Shown here one piece after another: positions 10,856-23,646 of a stretch of DNA of 64,000 nt. Below the pieces are notes generated by a model, which was not told the origin of the DNA, made no database searches, and saw only the letters and a list, made by a program, of their open reading frames with translations. Within the stretch, counting starts at the first letter, position 1. Each line of letters opens with the position of its first letter. Source of the stretch: Octopus sinensis (lineage: Eukaryota). The position numbers and the translations under genes were made by a program. The stretch lies in assembly GCF_006345805.1 (NCBI RefSeq), contig NC_043012.1:22320001-22384000 (forward strand), read 5' to 3'.

Positions 10856-11096
10856 AAGAAAACATTACGATGATGGTCGTCGTTTTATTATTATTACTAT
10901 TATTATTATTATTATTATTATTAGTAGTAGTAGTAGTAGTAGTAGTAGTAATTTTATTATTATTATTATTATTATTAGTAGTAGTAGTAGTAGTAGTAGT
11001 AGTAATTATTATTATTATTATTTATTATTATTATTAGTAGTAGTAGTATAGTAGTAGTAGTAGTAGTAGTAGTAGTAATTTTATTATTATTATTAT

Positions 11097-11128
<32 letters not shown>

Positions 11129-11129
11129 A

Positions 11130-11165
<36 letters not shown>
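10780..11165. repeat. Compound (TTA)n/(TAG)n microsatellite
   Basis: Direct reading. Confidence 0.95.
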
Positions 11166-11479
11166 AGTAGTGTCCAAGAAAATACTCGGGTTCTCATGTT
11201 TTCTTTCGTTTTTGCTGTGTTTCATGCACAGAGCCTCTAGTTGCTGTTGAAATCTCACTTGCAATTTCCGGTTAAGATGGATGAAAGGAAATGATGTTGA
11301 TGATAGACTCCCTGTGTCTGTGCTCTGACACAAACGACACTTATTTCATTGGACTCTCTTATATTATTATACACCAACATTAAATCGCCACCGAAGAAAA
11401 GCGCCATTTTGTACATACACCGCCATCTTAGTATAACTTCTTATCACCTCAACGCTCGCCTCTACTCTCCTCTACTTAC

Positions 11480-11761
11480 AACCATCGTCGCCATCTTCTT
11501 TCTCCTCGTTGTCATCGTTACCATCGTAGCCGTCTTCATCACCACCATCATCATCAACGGCAGCATCGCCATCATTACCTTCACAGTGATCATCATCAAT
11601 ATCATCATTCAAAGGCATCACCATCATAGCAATCATCAACACCACCACCACCACCATCATCATCATCAGCATAGCTATCATCATCACTCTCATAGCAATC
11701 ATCATCATCATCAGTCATCTCTGCAATTATCGTTGTCATCCTTAAGATCATCAGCATCATC

Positions 11762-11792
<31 letters not shown>

Positions 11793-11827
11793 TCATCGCC
11801 ATCATCATCATCATCGCCATCATCATT

Positions 11828-11858
<31 letters not shown>

Positions 11859-12141
11859 TCATTACCATCAGCAGCAGCAGCGTCATGTCATAAAAACATC
11901 CTCATCTTTTCACCATTCTCCATGTTATTCAATTTTCATCGTCGTCATCATTGTATTCGCCCAGCACAGTCATTATCATCAACATCGTTGGAATCATTAC
12001 CATCATCTCCCCCACCCCCACCCCATCTTTCTCAACCTCATTACAATCATCGCCACGACCACCACCACGACGACCACCACGACGACGACCACCACCACCA
12101 CCACCACCATCACTTTCCTCTATCATTACTATCATCACGCC

Positions 12142-12176
<35 letters not shown>

Positions 12177-12395
12177 CAAATATTAATTATCATCAACTGC
12201 ATCACCACCACCACCACCACCATCATCAAGACATGCTCCTCCGTTATCGCCCCCCCCTTCAGTTTCATCAGTAACACCACCACCAACAACAATAACACAC
12301 TCGTTACCCTTCTCATCACCATCTACACCACCACCACCACCACCACCACCATTTATTTCCCTTCTCCCCACCCACCCAACACCACCACCATTTGT
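11480..12395. repeat. Degenerate (CAT)n/(CAC)n low-complexity tract
   Basis: Direct reading; source of several spurious ORFs. Confidence 0.9.
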
Positions 12396-13630
12396 AGACA
12401 AATTTAGTTATTTACTTGAAGGATTGCAGGCTTTATTCACCCGACACTTCCAAGTTTCGGGTTAATAGAATCTTGTTTGGTCTTGGAAATTTTTTTCGCC
12501 TTATTTTGTTTGTTATTCGTCTTATACACACACACACACACACTTATGTATATATGTAATATATATACATTATATACACACACACACATAATATGTATGT
12601 ATGTATATAATTTTTTTCTAAGCATTCCATATGCATTTCGGCATGTTCTTGAAATGAATAATCTTTCGCAATTATGTTTGTGTGAGTGTGCGTCAGAGAG
12701 AGAGAGCGGGGAGAGAGTTTGTTTTTGTGTGTATGTGAGTGTCAGTTTGTGCTCTTGTGTACCCATATACGTGTGTGTGCGTGTGTGTGTTTGTGTGTGT
12801 GAAAATGCTATCCTAATATTTTTTTTCCTGCTCCTTTTTTTTTTACTGTATTTTATTTCTTATTTGTTTATTTACATATTTATTTACTTATTTATTTACA
12901 TAGCCTTTTCCCATCCACCCACCACCACCACCACCACCCACCTTTCTGCTTTCTATATTACATACATCACAGAAGAAATAACAGACAGTGAAGGAATTAA
13001 TTAGAATCATAAAAAATAAATAACAACCCTTATAAAAAAAAAAGACAAACCCCCCAAAAAAGAGAAAAAAAAGCGAAACGAAAAATAAGAAAAGAGATCT
13101 TCGCTAAGGCTATGCACGAAAGAAAAAAAGTCTTACACATAATAACAATAACAACGTACTTACATGGCTTACGACGTTAAAACGTTACATCTATCGACAT
13201 TAACTGAAGTTATGGAGACGATGAGACACAATGACAGAAGTACAACAACAACAACAACAACAATAATAACAGTTACGACAACGTCTTTAAAGTCGAAAGT
13301 AACATATTATAGGAGAAAGAAAGAGAGAGAAGCAGATAAACAGACAGACTTGGGTTCTAATAAGCGGCAAAACGTATTTTGTAAAGTTAGAGACTCAATT
13401 TAGCAGAAGGTCTTTCGTTTGACACTGATTTTAAAGCCACCGAGTTGACTATTTTTTTTCAACATCTTTATTTAAGATAGTCGTACCTTTATAGCAGCGG
13501 TCCCCAACTTTCTTTTGCAGACCGTTTCATGCAAGACAACTTTTTTTTATAAACCGGAGGAATCACGCACATAACAAAACGCGATAAAGTGCACAGAATA
13601 TAATTGAATTATGACATATATAATCCTTTT

Positions 13631-14016
13631 GGAGGCGCAATGGCCCAGTGGTTAGGGCAGCGGACTCGCGGTCATAGGATCGCGGTTTCGATTCCCAGAC
13701 CGGGCGTAGTGAGTGTTCATTGGGCGAAAACACCCAAAGCTCCACGAGGCTCCGGCAGGGGATGGTGGTGATCCCTGCTGTACTCTTTCACTACAACTTT
13801 CTCTCACTCTTACTTCCTGTTTCTGTTGTACCTGTATTTCAAAGGGCCGGCCTTGTCACTCTCTGTGTCACGCTGAATATCCCCGAGAACTACGTTAAGG
13901 GTACATGTGTCTGTGGAGTGCTCAGCCACTTACACGTTAATTTCACGAGCAGGCTGTTCCGTTGATTCGGACCAACCGGAACCCTCATCGTCGTAAGCGA
14001 CGGAGTGCTTCCAATC
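13631..14016 (+). mobile_element. tRNA-derived SINE family B, full length
   Basis: A-box TGGCCCAGTGG, B-box GTTTCGATTCC; TSD AATCCTTTT at 13622-13630 and 14017-14025. Confidence 0.9.
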
Positions 14017-14029
14017 AATCCTTTTTTAT

Positions 14030-14205
14030 TATTGGCACAAGGCCTGAAATATATGAGAGGGGGTTCAGTCGATTACTTAGGCTCCAGAGCTTAACTGGAG
14101 CTTATTTAATCGACTCCAAATTTATGAAAGGCAAAATCGACTTCGTCAGAATTTCAACTCAGAACGCAAAGACGGACGTAATGATGAAGCACCATGCAGA
14201 CAGCG
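14030..14205 (-). mobile_element. SINE family C (tail type ATT), diverged
   Basis: GTCGATTTTGCCTTTCAT..GTCGATTAAATAAG body on the minus strand. Confidence 0.65.
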
Positions 14206-15489
14206 ATGAAATAGAAATAAAACATTCTGTGCGGCTCAGTACCAAATGATCCACGGCCCGATACTGGCCCGCAGTCCGGTGGTTGGGGGTCCGTGTTATA
14301 TAGGACATTGACACATGACACTTCTAGAAGACTAGAATTTCGGTGTAAAAGCTGTTTCGTTCGGGTGAGATGTCAAATTATTTATGAAATTCTCTCCAAA
14401 AACCGTCACATTTCTTAGAGTAGAGATGCACCGCATTTGATGGCATATAAAAGGTAATTTTTCCCCAAAATGTGTTAAATAATAAGGCACTAAAAGAGAA
14501 TTACTCTCCCCAGACACAGCAAAAAATAAAATGTTTCGAAAAATCACCCTTCCCCATGTAAAGCCGTCTTAGCATCGTTCCGACCTCCACCCAAAGAAAA
14601 ATAAATGCGTTGAGCCCTATAATATCTATTCCTTGACAGTAAGCCACTGTATGCATTGATCAGAATTGGACTCCTAGACATTTGAAACCCTGGACAAATC
14701 GATGCATTGGGACCTGTAGTATTTATCTACTGACACCAAACCACAGTATATATAGATTAGGATTGGGATCCTAGGCCCGTGAGAACGCCGGGCAAATGTC
14801 CAGTGTGTCCATGCCTTAAGACAGTAATGTTTGTATGAGCCTTCCATAAGCTATAATGCACTAAAAACATTTTCCCCTTGAATATGTGTCGCTGATATTG
14901 GGGTGCGTCTAATATTCCCGTGCATTTGTTTATGCCTTCAAATACGGACGTTGAATGCTTTTGTGTCTAGAAACCAGCGGCGATTTATCTATCGTCTGCG
15001 AATTAGCACAACATACAGAGGGGATGAATAGAATTTGGGAACGAGTAAATGAAATACTGAGCGAGGTACAAGGAGAAAATTTATATACAGTAGATACCTC
15101 GTAGGCTTCTGATGGTTAATAGATTACATGTTTATCTGCAATGTAATCGAAATATCGCGGGTTTTTACACGATCTGTGAAGAATTTTGAAAAGGAAAATT
15201 CTCTCTCCAACATAAAGTTCTATAAACAGTAAAGTTGGAACGCTCAACAAACTCACAATAATTTTTTTTTAAATTAAAAGGTTAAATATTTATTAATGTT
15301 TGATATAAGTTAAATAAATTAATCACTAAAGTTTAATGACTGTAATTTTAAGTATTCAAACACTGAACGAAGATATAACAAAAAGAGACCTCTTTCCATT
15401 CCAAGGATATCGAGTTTTTGTAAACCTTAATGTAACAAACTTTCTGTTACTTCCTATAATGGAAACAGTTACCCAATACGCTCCCTGGG

Positions 15490-17060
15490 CTTGGAGGGTT
15501 TTTGTTTTTAGCAAGTGCCAAAACATTAAGAGAAAATTTTACTAAAGACGTAAATCTCCTCACTTTCAGTGATACTGAAGCAGTGATTTCGTCGGTTGAT
15601 GGTTGACTCCGAGAATGCCATTTCATCAAAATACGAAATTGGGAAAGGAGAAGACCTGGAAATCAACTTCCCGCCACATTTTAGGTTATTTGGTAGCAAT
15701 ACCCTTCTTTATCCGCGCAACTGTATAATCTTGTTTGTGCAACGTGATGAGAAGTTTTCAATAAATGCTGGATTTATTATTACCTCATCCACTTCATTAA
15801 TGAAATCGACAATCCATCCTTACACATTTATGTTATTGATGTCTGTATATTGTAATTTCAAGTGGTCTGAAGCAAATTTCAATGGTTTGCCAAAAATTCA
15901 TGTAATCAGTGTCTAACAATCCACGACAATATCTGCCACTTGTAGGAAATAATGCAAATCCTTGTGAAGAACATGAGGAAGTTGTTTTTTTCTTATCATA
16001 AAATAATTTATTATAGGTTTAACGTCAATAAGGAGCACATTACTTTCCCTGAAACTTAAGATTGTGATTAAAAACCTTTCAAATGATTTGCCATTAAGTG
16101 TAAACTCTCACTGTAAAAAAATGTTAGGATCTTGTAAAATTATTCGTCAAGTCAACACAAACAGCTGCCCTTGAAAATCCGCTGAACTTAATGCAGGAAT
16201 AATTTATCAAATTCTTCCTCGACGGTTGTCGAAATTGTTATTTGCACTGTGGACAGCGGAATGTGAAACGATGAGTTGCAGATTTATTCTTAATACGTTC
16301 TGGCAGATTCAGACATGAATATACTAATCGCTGTTGTGTATGTCAAAGGAGAACAACTTCATTTTACGACGACAATGTGTTCATAACATACTCAACTCAT
16401 TAGCACAGAAGGTTCTGAAACACCGTTAATTCGATATCGGTGTCTCATCAGCTTGGTGTATCTGAACCTTTAAGCCTAAAGAAGTCTCTGACTTACTTTA
16501 TAATTACAGCGAACGAACTATTTTCTGATCAGTGTTAATGTCTGCCAAACAGAAATATTTTATCACATTTTACTGAACTTTTGATCTTATTGATCAATTT
16601 CCTGCAATGTAAACGATTGACGTAAATCGGGATTGAGGTGTTTTTACAACAAAATGTGGTCAAGAAATTATGCAGTAAATCGCAATGGCATTTGAAACAG
16701 CTGGTTTTGAATATATGAAACCTCCGGTATCAACCGACCACTCTGGGAGCTTCGTTAGTCGCACAAGAAATAAATTTATCCGTGTGAGTATTGTTTTCCA
16801 AAAAGCAAACAATTATTGCAATAATTAAATATAGACTCATTCTGTTTCCAATTTCCTCTGGAAACATCGTTATCAAGATAAATCACATATGTCTTTAGTA
16901 ATGCGAAATTATTACCAACAGTAGTTGGCAATTCAGCTGTATGGAGAAATCGCCATTCACTAGGTGAAACTTTTCAGTTAAGAGACGTTTTATGTTCTCT
17001 GCCATTCCATCGACCCGACTTTCGATAGTTTTGGCACTTAAAGAAATGTTTCAGCAGATC
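15490..17060 (-). pseudogene. Decayed hAT (Charlie/Buster, ZBED5/8-like) transposase
   Basis: Manual translation: ISLSAKTIESRVDGMAENI..FSIQL, ISCATNEAPRVVG, AIAIYCII, C-terminal SPFPISYFDEMAFS; many stops and frameshifts. Confidence 0.75.
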
Positions 17061-17499
17061 ACTTGCAATTTTATGCACCACACTCGACAAAAGTTCGATC
17101 ACCGTCAGGGTATCATCAATGATTTTGCTGACAGTTTATTGCTTGTGGTGATCAGTATTGATAGGTGCTATCAGACCGTAAGAAAAAAAGAAAAAAGATA
17201 GATCAATGTTGGCAAACAGAGTCGTAATTGTATTTTTCTCTTTCAAATTCTTCCAAGAGGGTCTTCAAATATTCAAACGATTCCTGGTTTTTTTTGTTGT
17301 TTTTTTTGCTATAAATTTTAGTTAAATGGTCACGCAGTCTTGATAGTTTCATAGCCTCACTAGAGTATACCTACTTTCTAAGGTTTAGTGGGAGACGGGA
17401 ATTTGTCAGCGATTGAATAATTCTCAATGTGTGATTATCGAAGAAGGACTGGTGTTACTGGAGACAAATTTTTTTCAGACATTGCAGGAAATAATAATA

Positions 17500-17800
17500 T
17501 AAAATATATGAGATGTCAGTCAGTTGTAAGTTGTAGAATGGAGCCAGCAGAACAGAAATGGTATGTAGCAGAAGAGTCATTCAGAAGATGAATTCTCCTG
17601 AAGTGCTTGGTGAAATGGTCAAACAAGCATCGGTCAGTCTGTCCGATATATAAAGAGTTGTAGAGAGAGTGGTTTAAATGCTGAACGAAATTACTAGAGG
17701 CATAAGTGAAGAAGTCAATAATATAGAGAAAAAAAATGAGGATTAGGTCCAATGAGGAGGGGAGTGTTAAAGCGGAAAAGAAGGCAGTTTTGGAAGTAGG
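17500..17800 (-). pseudogene. Penelope-like element GIY-YIG endonuclease remnant
   Basis: ORF 17516..17752 contains LYIGQTDRCLFDHFTKHFRRI..ATYHFCSAG. Confidence 0.6.
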
Positions 17801-18135
17801 GAAGAAGGCGAAGGTGGGGGATCAACTTTCCGTGTTCACAAGACCCCTTTGAATGAACAGCGCATAGATTTTATGTCCCCCACACTCTCCACTCGTAATA
17901 ACAAAATATGAACTCCTATCGGAATCTACATACCATGGACAAGAAGCATTTCTGCCCATTCCATTCTACACAGCACTTTCCTTGGAGAATGGAACCGCAA
18001 CTGTAACATCCTATATATATTTTTACTTCTATTTTTATTCTCTTATTTCCCTTTATACTTCCCATAACCATCCTTTTCCAAAATAACTCCTTATGTTGAA
18101 CTCTACTATTTCCCTCTAGTTAACTCTCTCATATC

Positions 18136-18183
18136 GTCTCTGATGAAGGAGTATCTCTAATATCCCAGAAACAGCTGTAAGAC
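18136..18183 (+). ncRNA. Minimal type I hammerhead ribozyme motif with palindromic helix III
   Basis: GTCT-CTGATGA-[imperfect helix II]-GAAAC-AGCT-GTA-AGAC. Confidence 0.6.
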
Positions 18184-18397
18184 TACCTTTCTCTTTATAA
18201 AAGTCCTATAAATTGCACACAGCCTTGATTTTATTGTTTCATTTTATTTAACATATACATTCTCACACAAGACCCGCATTAGACTCCTCACATGTATTAT
18301 TATCGAACCGAGAGTCTAACTACGGTCCTCCCGTAGCACTTACATAGCTTTACTTGCCATCTTAGGTCTTCTGGATACCAATACCTATCATATATAT

Positions 18398-18930
18398 ATC
18401 ATCATCGTCGTTTAACGTCCGTTTTCCATTCGGCATGGGCTGGACGGTTTGACTGAGGTCTGGAGAGCCATCGGCTGCACGAGGCTCCAATCTGATCTGG
18501 CTTCATGCCCTTCCTAACTCCAACAACTCCGAGAGTGTGGTGGGTGCTTTTTGCGTGTCACTGGTACGGGGGGCAGTCAGGCGGTCCTGGCATCGATCAC
18601 GTTCGGATAATGCTTTTTACGTGCCACCAGCAAAGGGGCCGGTCAGGCGGTCCTGGCATCAATCACATTCGGATAGTGCTTTTTTACGTGTCACCGGCAC
18701 GAGGGCCAGTCAAGCGGTTCTGGCGCCGATCACGTTCGGATAGTGCCTTTTACGTGTCACGTGCAAGGGGGCCAGTCAGGCGGTTCTGGCATCAATTGCG
18801 TTCGGACAGTGCTTTTTATGTGCCACCGGCACGGGGGCCAGTCAAGCTGTTCTGGCGCCGATCACGTTCGGATAGTGCTTTTTACGTGCCACCGGCATGT
18901 GAGCCAGTCAGGGGATACTGGCATCGATAT
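18398..18930 (-). mobile_element. RTE-clade LINE 3' end with a 66-bp VNTR
   Basis: (GAT)n tail and terminus shared with the RTE at 47386-48569; about 5.8 units at 18544-18925. Confidence 0.8.
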
Positions 18931-19961
18931 ATATATATGTACATGCATATATCAGCATCATAATCATCATAGTGCTTTTATGTGCACTTTCCATGCTATT
19001 ATGGCTTGGGGTATATATACTGGAACTTGAAACATGAAGTGATGTAACTCCTAAAGACTGGCTGGCATTTAGTTGAATGATTTAATAATTCTGCTGGTGT
19101 TTGTCTTTCCTTTCCCAATTTTCATTTATTTGTTATTCATTATAATTTAAGTAATTATGTAGCTCCTTAAACAACTAGAAACCTGTTCTGCTCTGGTCCT
19201 TTTCTCTCATGCTTTATCTACTCCTCTCTGCTCCCCTTCATCACTATAGCCTTGCAAACTGCATGGCAACCTTACAAATGCTGATGGCATGAGAAAAAGC
19301 ACCCAGTACACGCAACAGAGTGGTTGGCATCAGAAGGAACATCACACTGTAGAAACCATTCCAAAGTGGACACTGGAGCATGAGAGAGTCCTGGGGCCCA
19401 TCGGATCCTGTCAAACTGCTCAATCTATGCTACATGGAACATGAACATTTAATAAAGATGATGATGATGATAATGATCGTTAGAATTTAATAATTAAGCC
19501 ACTTAAGGTAGTTAGCAGCAACACTTTGTCATTGAAATTCTCCAAGTAAAGCTCCTTTCTAATTTTACTACTTTCGCTTATGAAGATATGTTCTATAATT
19601 CAACGTGTTCCATATCTGAATATCCAATATGTTCCATCAGCCCAGCATAGACGTTAGATGCATTCTGTGTCTCAAGAACATCCATGTCCCAGACTTCAAC
19701 GTCTGGTGTGCTCTTTACCTTAGCATGGGATGTGTTCTACACCTGAACATCAAAATATGTTCCATGGCTCAAACTCAACATCTGCCACGATTTTTATCTA
19801 AACAGTAGAAGTGTTCTCTACCAGAGTTACCCAACCCCTCTTTTTTTGCTCTTTTTTTTACACCACTGACCCGTTTCATGTGCATCATTTACTCCTCAAA
19901 CCAAGGCATCACACACATAACAAGACAAAACAAAAGCACATAATTTTAATTATTACATACA

Positions 19962-20345
19962 GGTGCAGGAGTGGTTGTGTGGTAAGAAGCTTGCTTACAA
20001 ACCACATGGTTCCAGATTCAGTCCCACTGCATGGCACTTTGCGCAAATGTCTTCTACTATATAATCGGGTCGACCAAAGCCTTGTGAGCGGATTTGGTAG
20101 ACGGAAACTGAAAGAATCCTGTCAGATACAGATATTTGTGTGTTTGTGTATCTGTGTCTGTCCCCCCACCATCACTTGACAACCAATGTTGGTGTGTTTA
20201 TGTCCCTATAACTTAGTGTTTTGGCAAAAGAAGCCGATAAGTAGTAGGCTTATAAAGAATATGTCCTGGGATCAATTTGTTCAACTGACAGCAGTGCTCC
20301 AGCATGACTTCAGTGAAATGTCTGAAATAAGTGGAAAAATAAAAG
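19962..20345 (+). mobile_element. SINE family A
   Basis: Full head, body and tail. Confidence 0.85.
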
Positions 20346-20406
20346 ACTATATAATACATATGTATAACATATATAACATATATATATATATATGCATATA
20401 TACATT

Positions 20407-20545
20407 AGCGCAGGTGTGGCTATGTGGTAAGTAGCTTGCTTCCCAACCACATGGCTCTGGGTTCAGTTCCACTGTGTGGCACCTTGGGCAAGTGTCTTCT
20501 ACTATAGCTTCAAGCCAACCGAGACGGAATCTGAAAGAAGCCCAT

Positions 20546-20578
<33 letters not shown>

Positions 20579-20745
20579 GTAGCTGTGTGTCTGTGTTTGT
20601 CCCACCACCATTGCTTGACAACTGATGTTGGTGTGTTTATGTCCCCTTAACTTAGCAGTTCGACAAAAGAGACTGATTTATTTGGCTAAAGAGGGTGCTC
20701 TAACATGTCTCATTTGACTAAAACAAATAAAAGTATAGAAGAATA
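20407..20745 (+). mobile_element. SINE family A
   Basis: Head, body and shortened tail. Confidence 0.8.
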
Positions 20746-20788
20746 AAAGAATATCTTACATATATTACACACACACACATTTATATGT

Positions 20789-21093
20789 GGAGGTGCAATG
20801 GCCCAATGGTTAGGGCAGCGGACCCGCGGTTGTAATATTGCATTTTTGATTCCCAGACCAGGCATTGTGAGTGTTTATTGAGCAAAACGCTTTGTTTCAT
20901 GTTGCTCTGCATTCATTTCAACATCTGACATGTGGTACTCATTGCACCTGTACAGGTAATGCCAATTTGATGGAGGGATGAGGCTTATGTGAACACAAAC
21001 ATTTGATCCCTATAAACAAACCATCTGTGTGGCTGTTCGGCAAGAAATTGCTGAAACCTCATATGTCATCTAATGACGGGAGATATATATGAC

Positions 21094-21134
<41 letters not shown>

Positions 21135-21400
21135 CACACACACACATGCATTGTGTCCTTGAGCAAGACACTTTATTTCACATTGCTCCAGTCTACTCAA
21201 CTGGCAAAAATGAGTAGTACCTGTATTTCAAGAAAGGGCCAGCCTTGTCACACTCTGTGTCACGCTGAATCTCCTTGTGAACTACACTAAGGGTGAATGT
21301 GTCTGTGGAATGCTCAGCCAGTTGCATGTTAATTTCACAAGCAAACTGTTCTGTTGATCATATCAGCCGAGACAATCATCTTCGTAACTGACGGAGTACT
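20789..21400 (+). mobile_element. Two diverged SINE family B-related copies (20789-21080, 21145-21400)
   Basis: GGAGGTGCAATGGCCCAATGG head; CTTGTCACACTCTGTGTCACGCTGAATCTCC body. Confidence 0.65.
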
Positions 21401-21469
21401 CCTTATATATATATAAATACACACACATGCATACATATATATATGTATATATATATATATATATGTATG

Positions 21470-21500
<31 letters not shown>

Positions 21501-21779
21501 GTATATATATGTGTATGTATATATAATATATATATATATATATGTATGTATATATAATATATATATATGTATGTATGTATATATAATATATATATGTATG
21601 TATATATAATATATATGTATGTATGTATATATAATATATATATGTATGTATGTATATATAATATATATATGTATGTATGTATATATAATATATGTATATA
21701 TGTATGTAGGTATATATAATATATATATCATCATCATCGTTGTTTAACGTCTGTTTTCCGTGCTAGCATGTATTGGACA

Positions 21780-21812
<33 letters not shown>

Positions 21813-21817
<5 letters not shown>

Positions 21818-22181
21818 GGCTTAGTAAAATAAATTACTTTGCCGCATACTGAACTCATTAGAAATAGCAGCTAAAAAACTTTTTTAAGGCTATTTCTAAT
21901 ACTTAAAGAAAATCTCTCTCATATATAGTGTTTGCATAATTTAACTCACAAAAGTTTGGGGGTAATGACATCGAAAAATCAAATGCTAAGGTTATTCGAG
22001 AACGTACGTTTCAAGATTAGTCAAAACAACATTTCTATCAAACTTTTGTGAGTTAAATTATGCAACACTATATATGAGAGAGATTTTCTTTAAGTATTAG
22101 AAATAGCCTTAAAAAGTTTTTTAGCTGCTTTTCTAATGAGTTCAGTATGCGGCAAAGTAATTTATTTTACTAAGCCCTTTT
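21813..22181. mobile_element. Foldback MITE with ~145-bp near-perfect TIRs in (TA)n
   Basis: 21813-21958 is the reverse complement of 22039-22181 (about 3 small indels); 80-bp spacer. Confidence 0.85.
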
Positions 22182-22278
22182 ATATAATGTAATAATTTGA
22201 ATTCGCCTTGAATGGTCCCTTTGCATACTGAACACTTGGTGAAATTGATTAATAATTAATTAATTTTGCCCTCAATTG

Positions 22279-22314
<36 letters not shown>

Positions 22315-23269
22315 TACATACTATATACACACACATAAATGATGGGCTTCTTTCAGTTTCCTTCTCCCAAATCCACTCTCATAAAGCATTAATATTGTTT
22401 AGAAAAACCTAATCAATGCACCTCTCAGCATTTGTCTAAAGATTTATAACTGTCTAAAGAATGTCTATCACGTATATGAACGTGTGCATGTGCTTGTGTG
22501 TTGTTGTGTTTGTGAGTGCGTGCATGTGTGTTTGCGTGTGGTGCACATATGTTTGAGTATTTGTGATTTCGGGGGATGGGTTTGTGCTTGTCTTTGCATG
22601 TGTGTGTGTGTGTGTGTGTGGTGTGTGTGTGTGTGTGTGTGCGTGTGTGCCTGACGAGCATATGTCTATGTACGATATGGAAGAGGTATGTGATGTAAAG
22701 TGTGTGGGGGAAGGGGAGAGGGAGAGAGATGGGGAAAGAGACGTGGATGGCGGGGTCGGGGGGGGGGTAAATACAATTGCCCCAGTGAATAAAGGGTACC
22801 AGACTCTTGGTTGCCCAGGTTACAAGTTCACCATCTTTTCTACTACTGACATCATGTTACATCCCTGAGGCATGACATAAAAACAGAAATCCTCTTGCTT
22901 AACGCTTCTTACCGAAATTATATGATTCGCAGTAATAACATGAACACCGGCAGAAGTGGGGTAGTCAAAGAGGTAGCACTTCAACCATCACCAAAACCAC
23001 CACCACCACCACCACCACCACCACCACCATGGTCGACATCCCCACCAACAACATGTCCTCCTCTTCCCCATGACCAATACCAACGCCGCCACCATTATTA
23101 TTATTGCCTTTTTACCCTTACAGGCCATGCTCCCAACCTCTATCCACATGGATACCACCATGAAATGGAACGGAACAAAAACATAAACAAACCAAGCTAA
23201 AAAAAAAATCTTTTGGGTATTGACTCGTTAACTGATTTGGTTAATGAAAGTAAACAGAAAGTTTATGCC

Positions 23270-23271
23270 TG

Positions 23272-23324
<53 letters not shown>

Positions 23325-23604
23325 ACATTTGTATATGTACATATATAAACACACATATGTGTATATAGATACTTATATTCATAGGCTTATATAAATAAAC
23401 ATATACATATATGTATAATATATACATTCATAGATGTATATATATGTTTATTAATATATATATGTATATATATATATCATATATATATACAATATATTTT
23501 TCTCAAGAATTGTTTGCCCTTGTATTTATATATATATATATATATATATATTTATAAATATATGTATGCTTATATATATATATATATTCATAAATATATG
23601 TATG

Positions 23605-23646
<42 letters not shown>

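Larger units (their letters stand above)
13495..14295. mobile_element. hAT (Charlie/Buster, MER1-like) MITE carrying two nested SINEs
   Basis: Left TIR CAGCGGTCCCCAAC, right end GTTGGGGGTCCGTG; flanks CTTTATAG/TTATATAG match 6/8 with central TA. Confidence 0.7.

Noticed and set aside
11349-12407. 352-aa His/Ser-rich ORF
   Set aside because: Degenerate CAT/CAC microsatellite with overlapping homopolymeric ORFs in other frames and a TTG start.
13155-13290. Minus-strand GTAAGT donor with a possible exon
   Set aside because: Weak acceptor and no coding signal.
13631-13705. tRNA genes (all SINE heads, including 51152-51227)
   Set aside because: Acceptor stems do not close and the heads run into SINE bodies.
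14560-14830. Possible hAT MITE (GCCGTCTTA / TTAAGACAG)
   Set aside because: TIR match too degenerate and no TSD.
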